A stretch of 64,000 bases of DNA from Acidobacteriota bacterium. Lineage in GTDB: Bacteria; Acidobacteriota; Vicinamibacteria; Vicinamibacterales; SCN-69-37. The stretch lies in the NCBI GenBank assembly GCA_044507065.1, contig JBIQJY010000008.1:4441-68440 (forward strand), in the 5' to 3' direction. Position 1 is the first letter of the stretch; each line of letters opens with the position of its first letter. The notes under the pieces were generated by a model. The model made no database searches. It was not told where the DNA came from and saw nothing but the letters and a program-made list of their open reading frames with translations. Position numbers and translations under genes: made by a program. Of the stretch, positions 38,096 through 47,931 are shown in pieces.

Positions 38096-38125
38096 TTGAC
38101 TCTGCCAGACTAAGGTTTGTATAAT
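38096..38125 (+). promoter_or_regulatory. near-consensus sigma70 promoter of the dnaK operon
   Basis: TTGACT (38096-38101), 18-nt spacer, TATAAT (38120-38125). In an AT-richer island 45 nt upstream of the dnaK ATG. RBS AGGGGGA at 38157-38163. Confidence 0.7.
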
Positions 38126-38169
38126 TCAAGTCACTAAGATTTGCCATTCTCAGGGCAGGGGGACGCGTT

Positions 38170-40068
<1,899 letters not shown>

Positions 40069-40073
40069 CACCG

Positions 40074-40115
40074 CACCCGGGTGTCTCTCTGAGGCACCCG
40101 GGTGTTTCGCTTTTC
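40074..40115 (+). terminator. intercistronic hairpin plus U-rich tract between dnaK and dnaJ (attenuator or partial terminator)
   Basis: The palindromic 10-mer CACCCGGGTG occurs twice (40074-40083, 40095-40104) separated by 11 nt. That gives a 10-bp stem, followed by TTTCGCTTTTC. Confidence 0.6.
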
Positions 40116-40128
40116 TCGCGAGGACCAC

Positions 40129-41211
40129 GTGGATCTCTATGCGCTGCTCGGCCTGACGCGCACGGCGTCGGCCGCTGACGTCGACCGCGCCTATCGAAGG
40201 CTGGCGCGCCGGTATCATCCCGGCGTCAACCCCGGCGATCGTGTGGCCGAGCGCATGTACGAGCAGCTCCAGGAGGCCTACGTGGTGCTCGGCGACGCCG
40301 ACCGTCGGCGCGAGTACGACCGTGGCGCGACGCGCGCGGATGAGCCGCCGGTGGCCTTCGCCGGATTCGACTTTTCGGCGCCGGCCGAGGGACCGCTGGC
40401 CGCAACCTTCTCGGAACTGTTCGCCGATGTGTTCCAGCAGGCGGCGCGTAACGCGACGACACCGGAGCGGGGGGCCGACGTATCGGTGGACCTGACGCTG
40501 TCGTTCGAGGACGCCGTCCGCGGCTGTCAGGTGCCGCTGTCGGTCAGCCGCTACGAGCGGTGTCCCGCCTGTCGGGGCCGTGGTCACGTGGCGCACGTCG
40601 TCGCGGTATGTGCCGCGTGTCAGGGCGAAGGGGCACGGCGATGGGCGCGCGGACACATGGTGTTCACGAAGGCCTGTGAGTCCTGCGGGGGCGACGGTCG
40701 ATCCGTTCGGGAGACCTGCGGCAAGTGCGCAGGCGCCGGCATTGCGCCGCGTGGGGACGTCGTGACGCTGTCGATTCCCCCCGGTCTCGAATCAGGGGCG
40801 CGCGTCGCCGTACCGGGCCGCGGTCATGCGGGTGCGCTCGGGGGGCCGGCCGGTGATCTCTATGTGACCGTGCGGGTGGCGGACCATCGCGTGCTCACGC
40901 GAAGCGGGGCGGACCTGCATCTGGTACTGCCGGTGGCCGTCCACGAGGCGGGCCTTGGTGCGGTGGTCGAAGTGCCGGGGCTGGACGGTCCGGTGAGCGT
41001 CCACGTCCCCCCGGGTACTTCATCGGGCGACGTCGTGGTGCTGCGCGGGCTGGGCGGCGTGCGCCCGGGAACCAGCGAGCGCGGTGACCTCGTGGTGACG
41101 ATGCAGGTGACGCTGCCGGCCGTAATCGACGAGCGTTCGCAGGAACTGCTCCGCGAGTTCGGTCGATTGAACGACGGTGACGTGCGACAGGGCCTGCTCC
41201 ATCGGGACTGA
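40129..41211 (+). CDS. dnaJ: DnaJ-type co-chaperone (J-domain, 4x CxxCxGxG zinc finger, C-terminal domains); J-domain reads HPG rather than HPD
   Basis: DLYALLGL..AYRRLARRYHPGVNPGD, then CPACRGRG, CAACQGEG, CESCGGDG and CGKCAGAG. I prefer GTG 40129 (GAGGA 4 nt upstream) over the track start GTG 40102, which lies inside the hairpin arm. Confidence 0.85.
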   Translation: MDLYALLGLTRTASAADVDRAYRRLARRYHPGVNPGDRVAERMYEQLQEAYVVLGDADRRREYDRGATRADEPPVAFAGFDFSAPAEGPLAATFSELFADVFQQAARNATTPERGADVSVDLTLSFEDAVRGCQVPLSVSRYERCPACRGRGHVAHVVAVCAACQGEGARRWARGHMVFTKACESCGGDGRSVRETCGKCAGAGIAPRGDVVTLSIPPGLESGARVAVPGRGHAGALGGPAGDLYVTVRVADHRVLTRSGADLHLVLPVAVHEAGLGAVVEVPGLDGPVSVHVPPGTSSGDVVVLRGLGGVRPGTSERGDLVVTMQVTLPAVIDERSQELLREFGRLNDGDVRQGLLHRD

Positions 41212-41244
41212 CGACGGATTCTGCCGAAAGAAGGGCACGGACCA

Positions 41245-41685
41245 ATGGCGACGAAACGCAGCGGGGCCGGCAAGGGTTACTACATGATCAGTGCCGTCGC
41301 CCTCAAGTACAACATCCATCCGCAGACATTGCGCCTCTACGAACGCGAAGGCCTGCTGAAGCCATCGCGCACCGAGGGCAACACGCGGCTCTATTCGGAC
41401 GACGACCTCGCGGAACTCGAGACGATTCTCGCGCTGACCCGGGATCTCGGCGTGAACCTCGCGGGCGTGGAAATCATCCTCAACATGCGCAAGAAGATCG
41501 ATCGCATGCAGCGCGAGGTCAACGAGTTCATGACCTACGTGAAAGGAGAGCTCGCGCGCGGCCTGGGCGACTGGGAGCAGCGCCTCAACACGGCACTGGT
41601 GCCGACGTCGTCGGCCGATCTCGCGCGCCCGACCGCTCCGGATCCGACCGCGGACTCCGAACTCGCCGGCAGTCACGAACGCTGA
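41245..41685 (+). CDS. hspR: MerR-family heat-shock repressor HspR
   Basis: YMISAVALKYNIHPQTLRLYEREGLLKPSRTEGNTRLYSDDDL..GVNLAGVEIIL. Last gene of the dnaK-dnaJ string, as in HspR operons. Confidence 0.85.
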   Translation: MATKRSGAGKGYYMISAVALKYNIHPQTLRLYEREGLLKPSRTEGNTRLYSDDDLAELETILALTRDLGVNLAGVEIILNMRKKIDRMQREVNEFMTYVKGELARGLGDWEQRLNTALVPTSSADLARPTAPDPTADSELAGSHER

Positions 41686-41727
41686 TAGCGCAACGCATCG
41701 TTCGCCGGGTGCGCGCGTGTCATCACG

Positions 41728-42609
41728 GTGTTATCCTTTCCGGCGATGGCGTGCGCACATTGTGAAGGCACCGGTTGGCGGCCCGTGGAACACGACGGTG
41801 TGCGCAGCGTCGAGCGGTGCGTCTGCTGGCAGGACTCCGTTGCAACGCGCCTGCTCGCGGGTGCCCGTGTCCCGCCGCGCTACTCGCGCTGCGATCTCGC
41901 CTCGTTCCTGACCTACCCGAACGAACGACTCCTGGCCGCCGTCGACCGCGCGCGCCGGTTTGCCGAGGCATTTCCCGTGGTGTCGAAGGGACTGTGCCTC
42001 ATCGGGCCACCGGGGATCGGTAAGACGCACATTGCGGTCTCCGTACTCCGCAAGGTGGTCGTCGAGAAGGGCGCGCGCGGGCTGTTCTACGACGTGCGCG
42101 ACCTGCTGCGGATGATCCGATCGACCTACAATCCCGTCGTGCGGACCGCCGAGATGGATATCCTGCGTCCCGTGATGGAAGCCGAGCTCCTCGTCCTCGA
42201 TGATCTGGGGGCCGAGAAGCCGTCCGAATGGGTCGAGGAGACGATGAACCTGATCGTCAACACGCGCTACAACGAGCGGCGTCCGACAATCTTCACCACC
42301 AACTACGAGGATTCCCCCGACGAGACGTTGCCCGACTCGCTCAAGGTCCGCGTCGGGTTCCGCATGCACTCGCGTCTGCACGAGATGTGCGAGTTCCTCG
42401 AGTACGACGGCGGTGACTACCGCATGCTGCCGGCCAACGGGGGGCCCGAGGACCTGCTGACGATGTGGAAGCGGGGACGATCGAAGCGTGCCCTGCCGGC
42501 GCGGACGCAGGGACCAGCCAAGGCCGAGTTCTCGACGGCGCGCAGCCGCGTCGCCGATGAGAGGCCGTCGCGCGAAATCCGCTGGCCGGGGGGCAAGGCC
42601 GGCCGCTAG
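41728..42609 (+). CDS. DnaC/DnaI/IstB-like AAA+ ATPase with N-terminal Cys-rich (zinc-ribbon-like) segment
   Basis: CAHCEGTGW..CVCW, Walker A LIGPPGIGKTH, Walker B LLVLDDLG and TTNY. No transposase next to it, so this is not an IS21 IstB. Start may be ATG 41746. Confidence 0.75.
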   Translation: MLSFPAMACAHCEGTGWRPVEHDGVRSVERCVCWQDSVATRLLAGARVPPRYSRCDLASFLTYPNERLLAAVDRARRFAEAFPVVSKGLCLIGPPGIGKTHIAVSVLRKVVVEKGARGLFYDVRDLLRMIRSTYNPVVRTAEMDILRPVMEAELLVLDDLGAEKPSEWVEETMNLIVNTRYNERRPTIFTTNYEDSPDETLPDSLKVRVGFRMHSRLHEMCEFLEYDGGDYRMLPANGGPEDLLTMWKRGRSKRALPARTQGPAKAEFSTARSRVADERPSREIRWPGGKAGR

Positions 42610-42651
42610 TCCGGCGCGCTCCGGCGCCGCACGGACGACGGGCCCCCGACG

Positions 42652-43794
42652 ATGCTCGGAATTTATCTGCACGTCCCGTTCTGCCAGGCCATCTGCGCCT
42701 ACTGCAACTTCAACCGCGGTTTGTATGACGAGGCGCTCAAGACCCGCTATGTCGACGCCCTCGAGCGCGAGATCCTGGAGAATGGCGACCATCGCGCCGC
42801 CGACACGATCTTCTTTGGCGGCGGCACACCCTCGCTGCTCGACCCGTCCGACATCGCCCGTCTGATTGCCGCGTGCCGTGCGGCCTATGCGATCGACGAT
42901 GGCGCCGAGATCACGCTCGAGACGAATCCCGAAACCGTCACGGTCGATCGGCTGGCCGCGTACCGGGCCTCCGGCGTCAACCGGCTCAGTTTCGGCGCGC
43001 AGACGTTCGACGACTCGCAGCTTCGTCGGCTCGGCCGGATCCACGATGCGTCGCGGATAGGCAGTGCCGTCGACGATGCCCGACGGGCCGGGATCGCCAA
43101 CGTCAGCCTCGACCTCATGTTCTGGCTTCCGGGCCAATCGCGCGCCTCATGGCTGGACTCGGTCGAGCGCGCCGTGGCCCTTGCGCCCGAGCACCTGTCG
43201 TTCTACCTGCTCGAGCTGTATCCCAACGCGCCGCTGAAGGACACCATGGCCCGGATGACACAGGACCCGGCGGCTGCCGGCGGCTGGCAGCAGGAGCCGG
43301 ACGATGAGGCGGCCGACATGTATCTCGATGCCCTGTCGCGGTTGGATTCGGCCGGTTATGAGCAATACGAGATCTCGAATGCCTGCCGGCCGGGCCGTGA
43401 GAGCCGCCATAACCTCAAGTACTGGACCGGCGGGAACTGGCGCGGATTTGGCTGTGGAGCACATTCGACGGTTGAAGGGGTCCGGTGGCAGAACGTGGCC
43501 GGGACGCTCGACTATGTGGAACGGATGGCCACGGGCGCAGCGGTCGAATTGGATCGCCGCCAGTTGTCGACACGCGGGCGCCTCGAAGAAGCGCTCTTCA
43601 CGGGGCTTCGGTTGACCGCGGGAATCGACCGGTCGCGTTTCGCGGAGCGATACGGAATCGACCCGTGGGACGAGTACGGCGAACGACTTGCCGATGCGTG
43701 TGCGGCCGGCTTCGTCTGGCACGAGTCCGGACGTTTTGGCTTGACGCGTACGGGCATGCTCGTGGCCAACGAGGTGCTCGCGACGTTCGTGTAA
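42652..43794 (+). CDS. hemW: radical SAM heme chaperone HemW (HemN-like)
   Basis: GIYLHVPFCQAICAYCNF (CxxxCxxC), GGGTPS and a HemN C-terminal domain. Confidence 0.88.
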   Translation: MLGIYLHVPFCQAICAYCNFNRGLYDEALKTRYVDALEREILENGDHRAADTIFFGGGTPSLLDPSDIARLIAACRAAYAIDDGAEITLETNPETVTVDRLAAYRASGVNRLSFGAQTFDDSQLRRLGRIHDASRIGSAVDDARRAGIANVSLDLMFWLPGQSRASWLDSVERAVALAPEHLSFYLLELYPNAPLKDTMARMTQDPAAAGGWQQEPDDEAADMYLDALSRLDSAGYEQYEISNACRPGRESRHNLKYWTGGNWRGFGCGAHSTVEGVRWQNVAGTLDYVERMATGAAVELDRRQLSTRGRLEEALFTGLRLTAGIDRSRFAERYGIDPWDEYGERLADACAAGFVWHESGRFGLTRTGMLVANEVLATFV

Positions 43795-43810
43795 GGAACA
43801 CTGCAGGGGG

Positions 43811-43838
43811 TTGCGGTGTCTTGTCTGTACGCTAGAGT
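43811..43838 (+). promoter_or_regulatory. weak candidate sigma70 promoter for the secreted-protein gene
   Basis: TTGCGG, 16-nt spacer, TAGAGT. About 48 nt upstream of ATG 43886. Confidence 0.3.
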
Positions 43839-43885
43839 ATGTGGCGTTACAGTTTGGATTGCCCGGCGGGCAGGGGAGGCGTTTC

Positions 43886-44512
43886 ATGACGGGGTTGGGG
43901 GTTGGGTCGGCACTGAGCCGGCGCACGATGGTAGCAATGGTCTTCGCGGGTCTCGCGTTCACCGCAGTCAGTGTGCAGGCGCAAGATGCTCCCGCGGCTC
44001 CGGCACAGGAGACGGCACCTGCACCGCAGGCCGAGGCGCCGGCGGCGCCGGCCGAAGATCTGTTCAAGTTTTCGAGCGATGCCGCTTTGATCATCTGGTA
44101 CATCAAGCCGGACCAGACAGCCGCGTTCGAAACCGTGTGGAACGCAATCCGCGCGAAGCTCGCGGCGTCCGAAAAGCCGGAACTGCGGGAACTCGGTGAC
44201 AGCCTCAAGGTCTTCAAGTCCACCGGCGAGGCCACGCCTCAGGGCGTCAATTACTTCTTCGTCGCGGATCCCGCGTCGAAGACGCAGAGCTACAGCCCGA
44301 GCCCGTTCCTGCTGTTCGAAACCGGGATGTTCGAGGACGCGGAGGCGCGTGAGTTGCTTGCGCAGCTCCAGGGCACGCTGAACGGGATCAATCCGCTGCC
44401 GCTCGACCGCATCGATGTCACGCCGCTGCCGCCGTCTGCGCCGGCCGCTCCCGCGGCGCCCGATGCGCCGGCGGCTCCGGCGGCTCCGGCAACTCCGGCG
44501 CCTGGACAGTAG
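43886..44512 (+). CDS. secreted hypothetical protein (paralog A), Pro/Ala-rich both sides of a ~120-aa core
   Basis: ATG 43886 with GGGGAGG upstream. Signal peptide ..AFTAVSVQAQ. The core aligns by eye with the next gene. Confidence 0.7.
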   Translation: MTGLGVGSALSRRTMVAMVFAGLAFTAVSVQAQDAPAAPAQETAPAPQAEAPAAPAEDLFKFSSDAALIIWYIKPDQTAAFETVWNAIRAKLAASEKPELRELGDSLKVFKSTGEATPQGVNYFFVADPASKTQSYSPSPFLLFETGMFEDAEARELLAQLQGTLNGINPLPLDRIDVTPLPPSAPAAPAAPDAPAAPAAPATPAPGQ

Positions 44513-44572
44513 GCGCGCGCGACCGGTTTCGAACCGGCACGTGCTCGGCCGACGGGCCGGTTGCAGATCGAA

Positions 44573-44610
44573 GGGACGTCTCCGTCGCGGAGGCGTCCCT
44601 TTTGTTTTTT
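44573..44610 (+). terminator. rho-independent terminator
   Basis: GGGACGTCTCCG-tcg-CGGAGGCGTCCC followed by TTTTGTTTTTT. Confidence 0.85.
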
Positions 44611-44639
44611 CCCGACCTACCCTCGATGAGGAGCACCGC

Positions 44640-45095
44640 ATGCAGCGCGTCGTCCTGATGGCACTGGCGGTCGCATTGGCTTCCGGGGGCAGCGGCTTGC
44701 CCGTGCACGCACAGGCTGCGCCCGGGGCCGAAGCCGAGCGCAGCGGCTATCGCTTTTCGGGCACGAAGGGCCTGCTCGTGTTCCACGTCCACGCCGACCG
44801 CGTCGGCGACTTCGAGGATGTCGTCTCGCACATCGCTCGCGGCCTTGCGACGACGATGGACCCGGTGCGGCGGCAGCAGGCGGCGGGGTGGCGGGTGTTC
44901 CGGTCGGCCGATGCGGCAGCGTCGGCCGTCTATGTGGTGTCGTTCGATCCCGTGGTTCCGGGCACCGACTACGATCCCGTGAAGATGCTCACCGAGCTGG
45001 CGCCCGACGCGGCCCAGTCGCTCTACGAGCGATTGAAGGCGGCCGTGATCCGGGTGGAACGACTGGATCTCCGGCAGATTTCACCCGAGCCCTAG
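44640..45095 (+). CDS. secreted hypothetical protein (paralog B)
   Basis: ATG 44640 inside ORF 44415..45095. Signal peptide ..GLPVHAQA. The core YRFSGTKGLLVFHVHADRVGDFEDVV..WRVFRS..VYVVSFDPV parallels paralog A. Confidence 0.7.
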   Translation: MQRVVLMALAVALASGGSGLPVHAQAAPGAEAERSGYRFSGTKGLLVFHVHADRVGDFEDVVSHIARGLATTMDPVRRQQAAGWRVFRSADAAASAVYVVSFDPVVPGTDYDPVKMLTELAPDAAQSLYERLKAAVIRVERLDLRQISPEP

Positions 45096-45158
45096 CCGTT
45101 GCGCCAGGCGCGCCGGATCCACCTGCCTCGGCGTGGTGAGTCGGTAGATCGATGTGAG

Positions 45159-45638
45159 CTAGAACGCCAGGTTGACGCCCGCGTAGAAGCGCTGCGGCGT
45201 GCCGTGGTACGGGCTGCCGCGAAGGGAAAAGGCGCGGTAGTCGAGCCGCAAACGGAGCGGCCCCGCCAGCCGGATCTTGGCGCCGCCGCCGACATTTGTA
45301 CCCACGTTCGTCTCGCCGTCGCCGGCAAGTCGCTCCCGATAGAAACCGCCTCCGGCCGTCAGGTAGAACTGAACGCCCGACGTGGGGGTCTGCACGAGCC
45401 CGTTCAGCATCCCCGTGCTCAGGCTGGGAGAGGCGCTGGCCAGCTCTTCTGACGTATTGGCGTACTCGAACTCGAAGCCGAAGACCACGAGGTTGATGCC
45501 GGCGGCAAAGCCGCGCACCGCGCGCGTGTCGTCGCGATTTGTCGCGCCCCAGAATGCCGTCAGGTCGGCGCGGGCCGCCGAGGGCGTGGCGACGACGGAT
45601 GCGAAAGCAAGGAGGACCACGATGCGCAGATGGCTCAT
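45159..45638 (-). CDS. small outer-membrane beta-barrel protein
   Basis: Signal peptide MSHLRIVVLLAFASVVATPSAARA, alternating beta-strand pattern and C-terminal ..FYAGVNLAF. ATG 45638 inside ORF 45159..45926. Confidence 0.75.
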   Translation of the reverse strand: MSHLRIVVLLAFASVVATPSAARADLTAFWGATNRDDTRAVRGFAAGINLVVFGFEFEYANTSEELASASPSLSTGMLNGLVQTPTSGVQFYLTAGGGFYRERLAGDGETNVGTNVGGGAKIRLAGPLRLRLDYRAFSLRGSPYHGTPQRFYAGVNLAF

Positions 45639-45702
45639 GGACCGGATTATCGGTCCAAAGCGCGCGTCGGTGCACGGAATGGCGACGTGATATTTTGCCG
45701 CG

Positions 45703-47073
45703 ATGGATCCCCGCCGCGATACGGGACAGAACACGTTGCTTGTCGACCGCGTGACGGCGGGCGACCCGCGGGCTGCGGCCCGCGCCATTTCGATCGTCGA
45801 GGGTGGCGGCGCGCCGGCCGTCGAACTCGTCGCGCGGTTGCACGCGCATACGGGGCGGGCGAGCCTGGTCGGGGTGACGGGACCACCGGGCGCGGGTAAG
45901 AGCACGCTGGTCGGACAGCTGGTCACGGCCTACAGGCGCACGGGTGCCAGCGTCGCGGTGCTCGCCGTCGACCCGAGCAGCCCGTTCTCGGGGGGCGCCA
46001 TCCTCGGCGATCGCGTCCGCATGCAGTCGCACGCCGAAGACCCGCGCGTCTTCATCCGCAGCATGGCGACGCGTGGCCAGCTTGGCGGCCTGGCGGCGGC
46101 TACGGCCGACGCGATCGACGTGCTCGATGCCGCGGGCTTCGACATCATCCTTGTCGAGACGGTCGGCGTCGGCCAGGACGAGGTCGACATCAGCCGGACC
46201 ACCGACGTCTGCGTCCTCGTCCTCGTGCCGGGGGCTGGCGATGATGTCCAGGCGATGAAGGCCGGCGTGATGGAGATCGCGGACGTCTTCGTCGTCAACA
46301 AGGCGGATCAGGCCGGTGCGGATCGCGCCGTGGTGGCCATCGAGCAGATGCTCGCGACCGACGAGCGTCGAACCAGCGCGCCGCCGCCGGTGATCCGGGC
46401 GGTGGCGACCACGGGGCAGGGTCTCGACGAACTGGTGCGGGCGATCGATGCGGGCCGCCAGGCAGTGCCGCCCGTGAATCGTCGTCGCGAGCGGTTCGAG
46501 CGCCGTTTGCGTGAGGCCGTGGCACGGCGCGCGATTGACCGGCTGCGCGCCGATGTGCTGCGGGAGGGCGAATGGGACGCCTGTGTGGCTCGTATCGAAG
46601 CGCGCGAGCAGGACCCATACGCCGCGGCCGATGCGCTCCTGGAGCGCCTGGGCACCGCGGGTCTCATCGATCACGTCGGCCTGGCCACCGACACAGCGGA
46701 GGCCAGCCTGTCGTTTTTCAGCACCCTCATGCAGCAGTCGGCCGGGCCCCACGAGGACGTGCCATCACAGGGCGTTCGTGTGCGTTTTGTCGAGACCGGA
46801 GATACCCGGATCGAGGTCATCGAGTCGATTGACGCGGATGCGCCATTTGCGCGGTCACTCCGATCGCGCGGGCCCGGGCTGCATCACCTTGCGCTGCGGG
46901 TGGCCGACCTCGACACGACGCTGGCGCGGCTCGCGGATGCCGGCGTGCGGCTGATCGATCGCACGGGCCGCCCCGGTGCGCACGGCACCCGCGTCGCGTT
47001 CGTGCATCCGGCGAGCACCAGCGGCGTGCTGGTCGAGCTGGTCGAACACGGAGGCCACGATGCGCATCGGTGA
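45703..47073 (+). CDS. fusion: MeaB/ArgK-type G3E GTPase (mutase chaperone) + methylmalonyl-CoA epimerase (VOC/glyoxalase fold)
   Basis: N-terminal part: GVTGPPGAGKSTLV, ILVETVGVGQ and VVNKAD. From about aa 321 (nt ~46663): LIDHVGLATDT..RIEVIESID..GLHHLALRVADLD..VAFVHP..GVLVELVE. One uninterrupted frame. Confidence 0.85.
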   Translation: MDPRRDTGQNTLLVDRVTAGDPRAAARAISIVEGGGAPAVELVARLHAHTGRASLVGVTGPPGAGKSTLVGQLVTAYRRTGASVAVLAVDPSSPFSGGAILGDRVRMQSHAEDPRVFIRSMATRGQLGGLAAATADAIDVLDAAGFDIILVETVGVGQDEVDISRTTDVCVLVLVPGAGDDVQAMKAGVMEIADVFVVNKADQAGADRAVVAIEQMLATDERRTSAPPPVIRAVATTGQGLDELVRAIDAGRQAVPPVNRRRERFERRLREAVARRAIDRLRADVLREGEWDACVARIEAREQDPYAAADALLERLGTAGLIDHVGLATDTAEASLSFFSTLMQQSAGPHEDVPSQGVRVRFVETGDTRIEVIESIDADAPFARSLRSRGPGLHHLALRVADLDTTLARLADAGVRLIDRTGRPGAHGTRVAFVHPASTSGVLVELVEHGGHDAHR

Positions 47074-47902
47074 CATCGACGTGCACCCCCTCAGCGACGG
47101 CACGTTCTGGCTCGATGGTGGCGCCATGTTCGGCGTCGTTCCCCGCGCCTTGTGGGAAAAACACACGGTGGTCGACGCGCGGCACCGGATTCCGATGAGC
47201 CTGACGCCGCTGCTCGTCCGGACGGCCGGGCTCAACGTGCTCGTCGATGCGGGCATCGGCGACAAGCTGTCGCCGAAGGAAATCGCCATCTACGGCGTCG
47301 ATCGGGCCCACGATCTCGATCGATCGCTGGCGGATCTGGGACTGTCGGCCCGGGACATCGATGTCGTCGTGGCCACGCACCTGCATTTCGATCATGCGGG
47401 CGGTTTCACGACGGTGGTCGACGGCCGGGTCGTGCCGAAGTTCCCTCGTGCGCGCCACATCATCCGGCGGGGCGAGTGGGAGGATGCCACGCATCCGCAC
47501 GAGCGCAATCGTGCGAGCTACCTGGCCGAGAACTACGTACCGCTGGCCGATGCGGGCCTGGTGGACTTTGTCGACGAGGATGGCGAGGTGCTGCCGGGCA
47601 TGAGTGTCTGGCGCACCGGCGGGCATACCCAGCATCACCAGCTCGTCCGCATCGATTCGGAGGGGAAGACGGGGCTCTTTCTCGCGGACCTCGTGCCGAC
47701 GGCCGCGCACCTGCCCGACGCCTGGATCATGGGCTACGACCTGTATCCGATGGACACGCTGGCCGCCAGGAAACGCTGGATTGCCGAGGCGATCGCGCGC
47801 GAGTACGTTATCTTCTTCGAGCACGATCCGGGCATCCGGGCCGGGATCATCCGTGTGGAGGATGGCCGGCGCCGCGTCGAGGTCCTGTCCGACGCACCGT
47901 AG
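47060..47902 (+). CDS. MBL-fold metallo-hydrolase
   Basis: [13 protein letters not shown] metal-binding motif. ATG 47060 with GGAGG upstream. 14-nt overlap with the preceding gene. Confidence 0.85.
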   Translation: MRIGDIDVHPLSDGTFWLDGGAMFGVVPRALWEKHTVVDARHRIPMSLTPLLVRTAGLNVLVDAGIGDKLSPKEIAIYGVDRAHDLDRSLADLGLSARDIDVVVATHLHFDHAGGFTTVVDGRVVPKFPRARHIIRRGEWEDATHPHERNRASYLAENYVPLADAGLVDFVDEDGEVLPGMSVWRTGGHTQHHQLVRIDSEGKTGLFLADLVPTAAHLPDAWIMGYDLYPMDTLAARKRWIAEAIAREYVIFFEHDPGIRAGIIRVEDGRRRVEVLSDAP

Positions 47903-47931
47903 CAGGTCTTCTCCGTATCCTTCTTATCTCT

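Noticed and set aside
38071-38140. Other partial repeats in the dnaK upstream region (TTGAGT../..TTGACT direct repeat; ACTAAG twice).
   Set aside because: None gives a better inverted repeat than CTTGACT-N7-ACTAAGG. Probably incidental in a short AT-richer promoter island.
44440-44505. Imperfect tandem 9-bp repeats (gcgccggcg/gctccggcg). Similar tracts occur at 30480-30640 and 62215-62275.
   Set aside because: They encode Pro/Ala-rich linkers (PAAPAAP) of secreted proteins (paralog A, SPOR protein, Skp). This is coding low complexity, not CRISPR or VNTR-type elements.
44523-44537. CCGGTTtcgAACCGG, superficially like a tRNA T-arm (GGTTCGAA).
   Set aside because: No acceptor, D or anticodon arms can be built around it. 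It is a short hairpin just after a stop codon, upstream of the real terminator.
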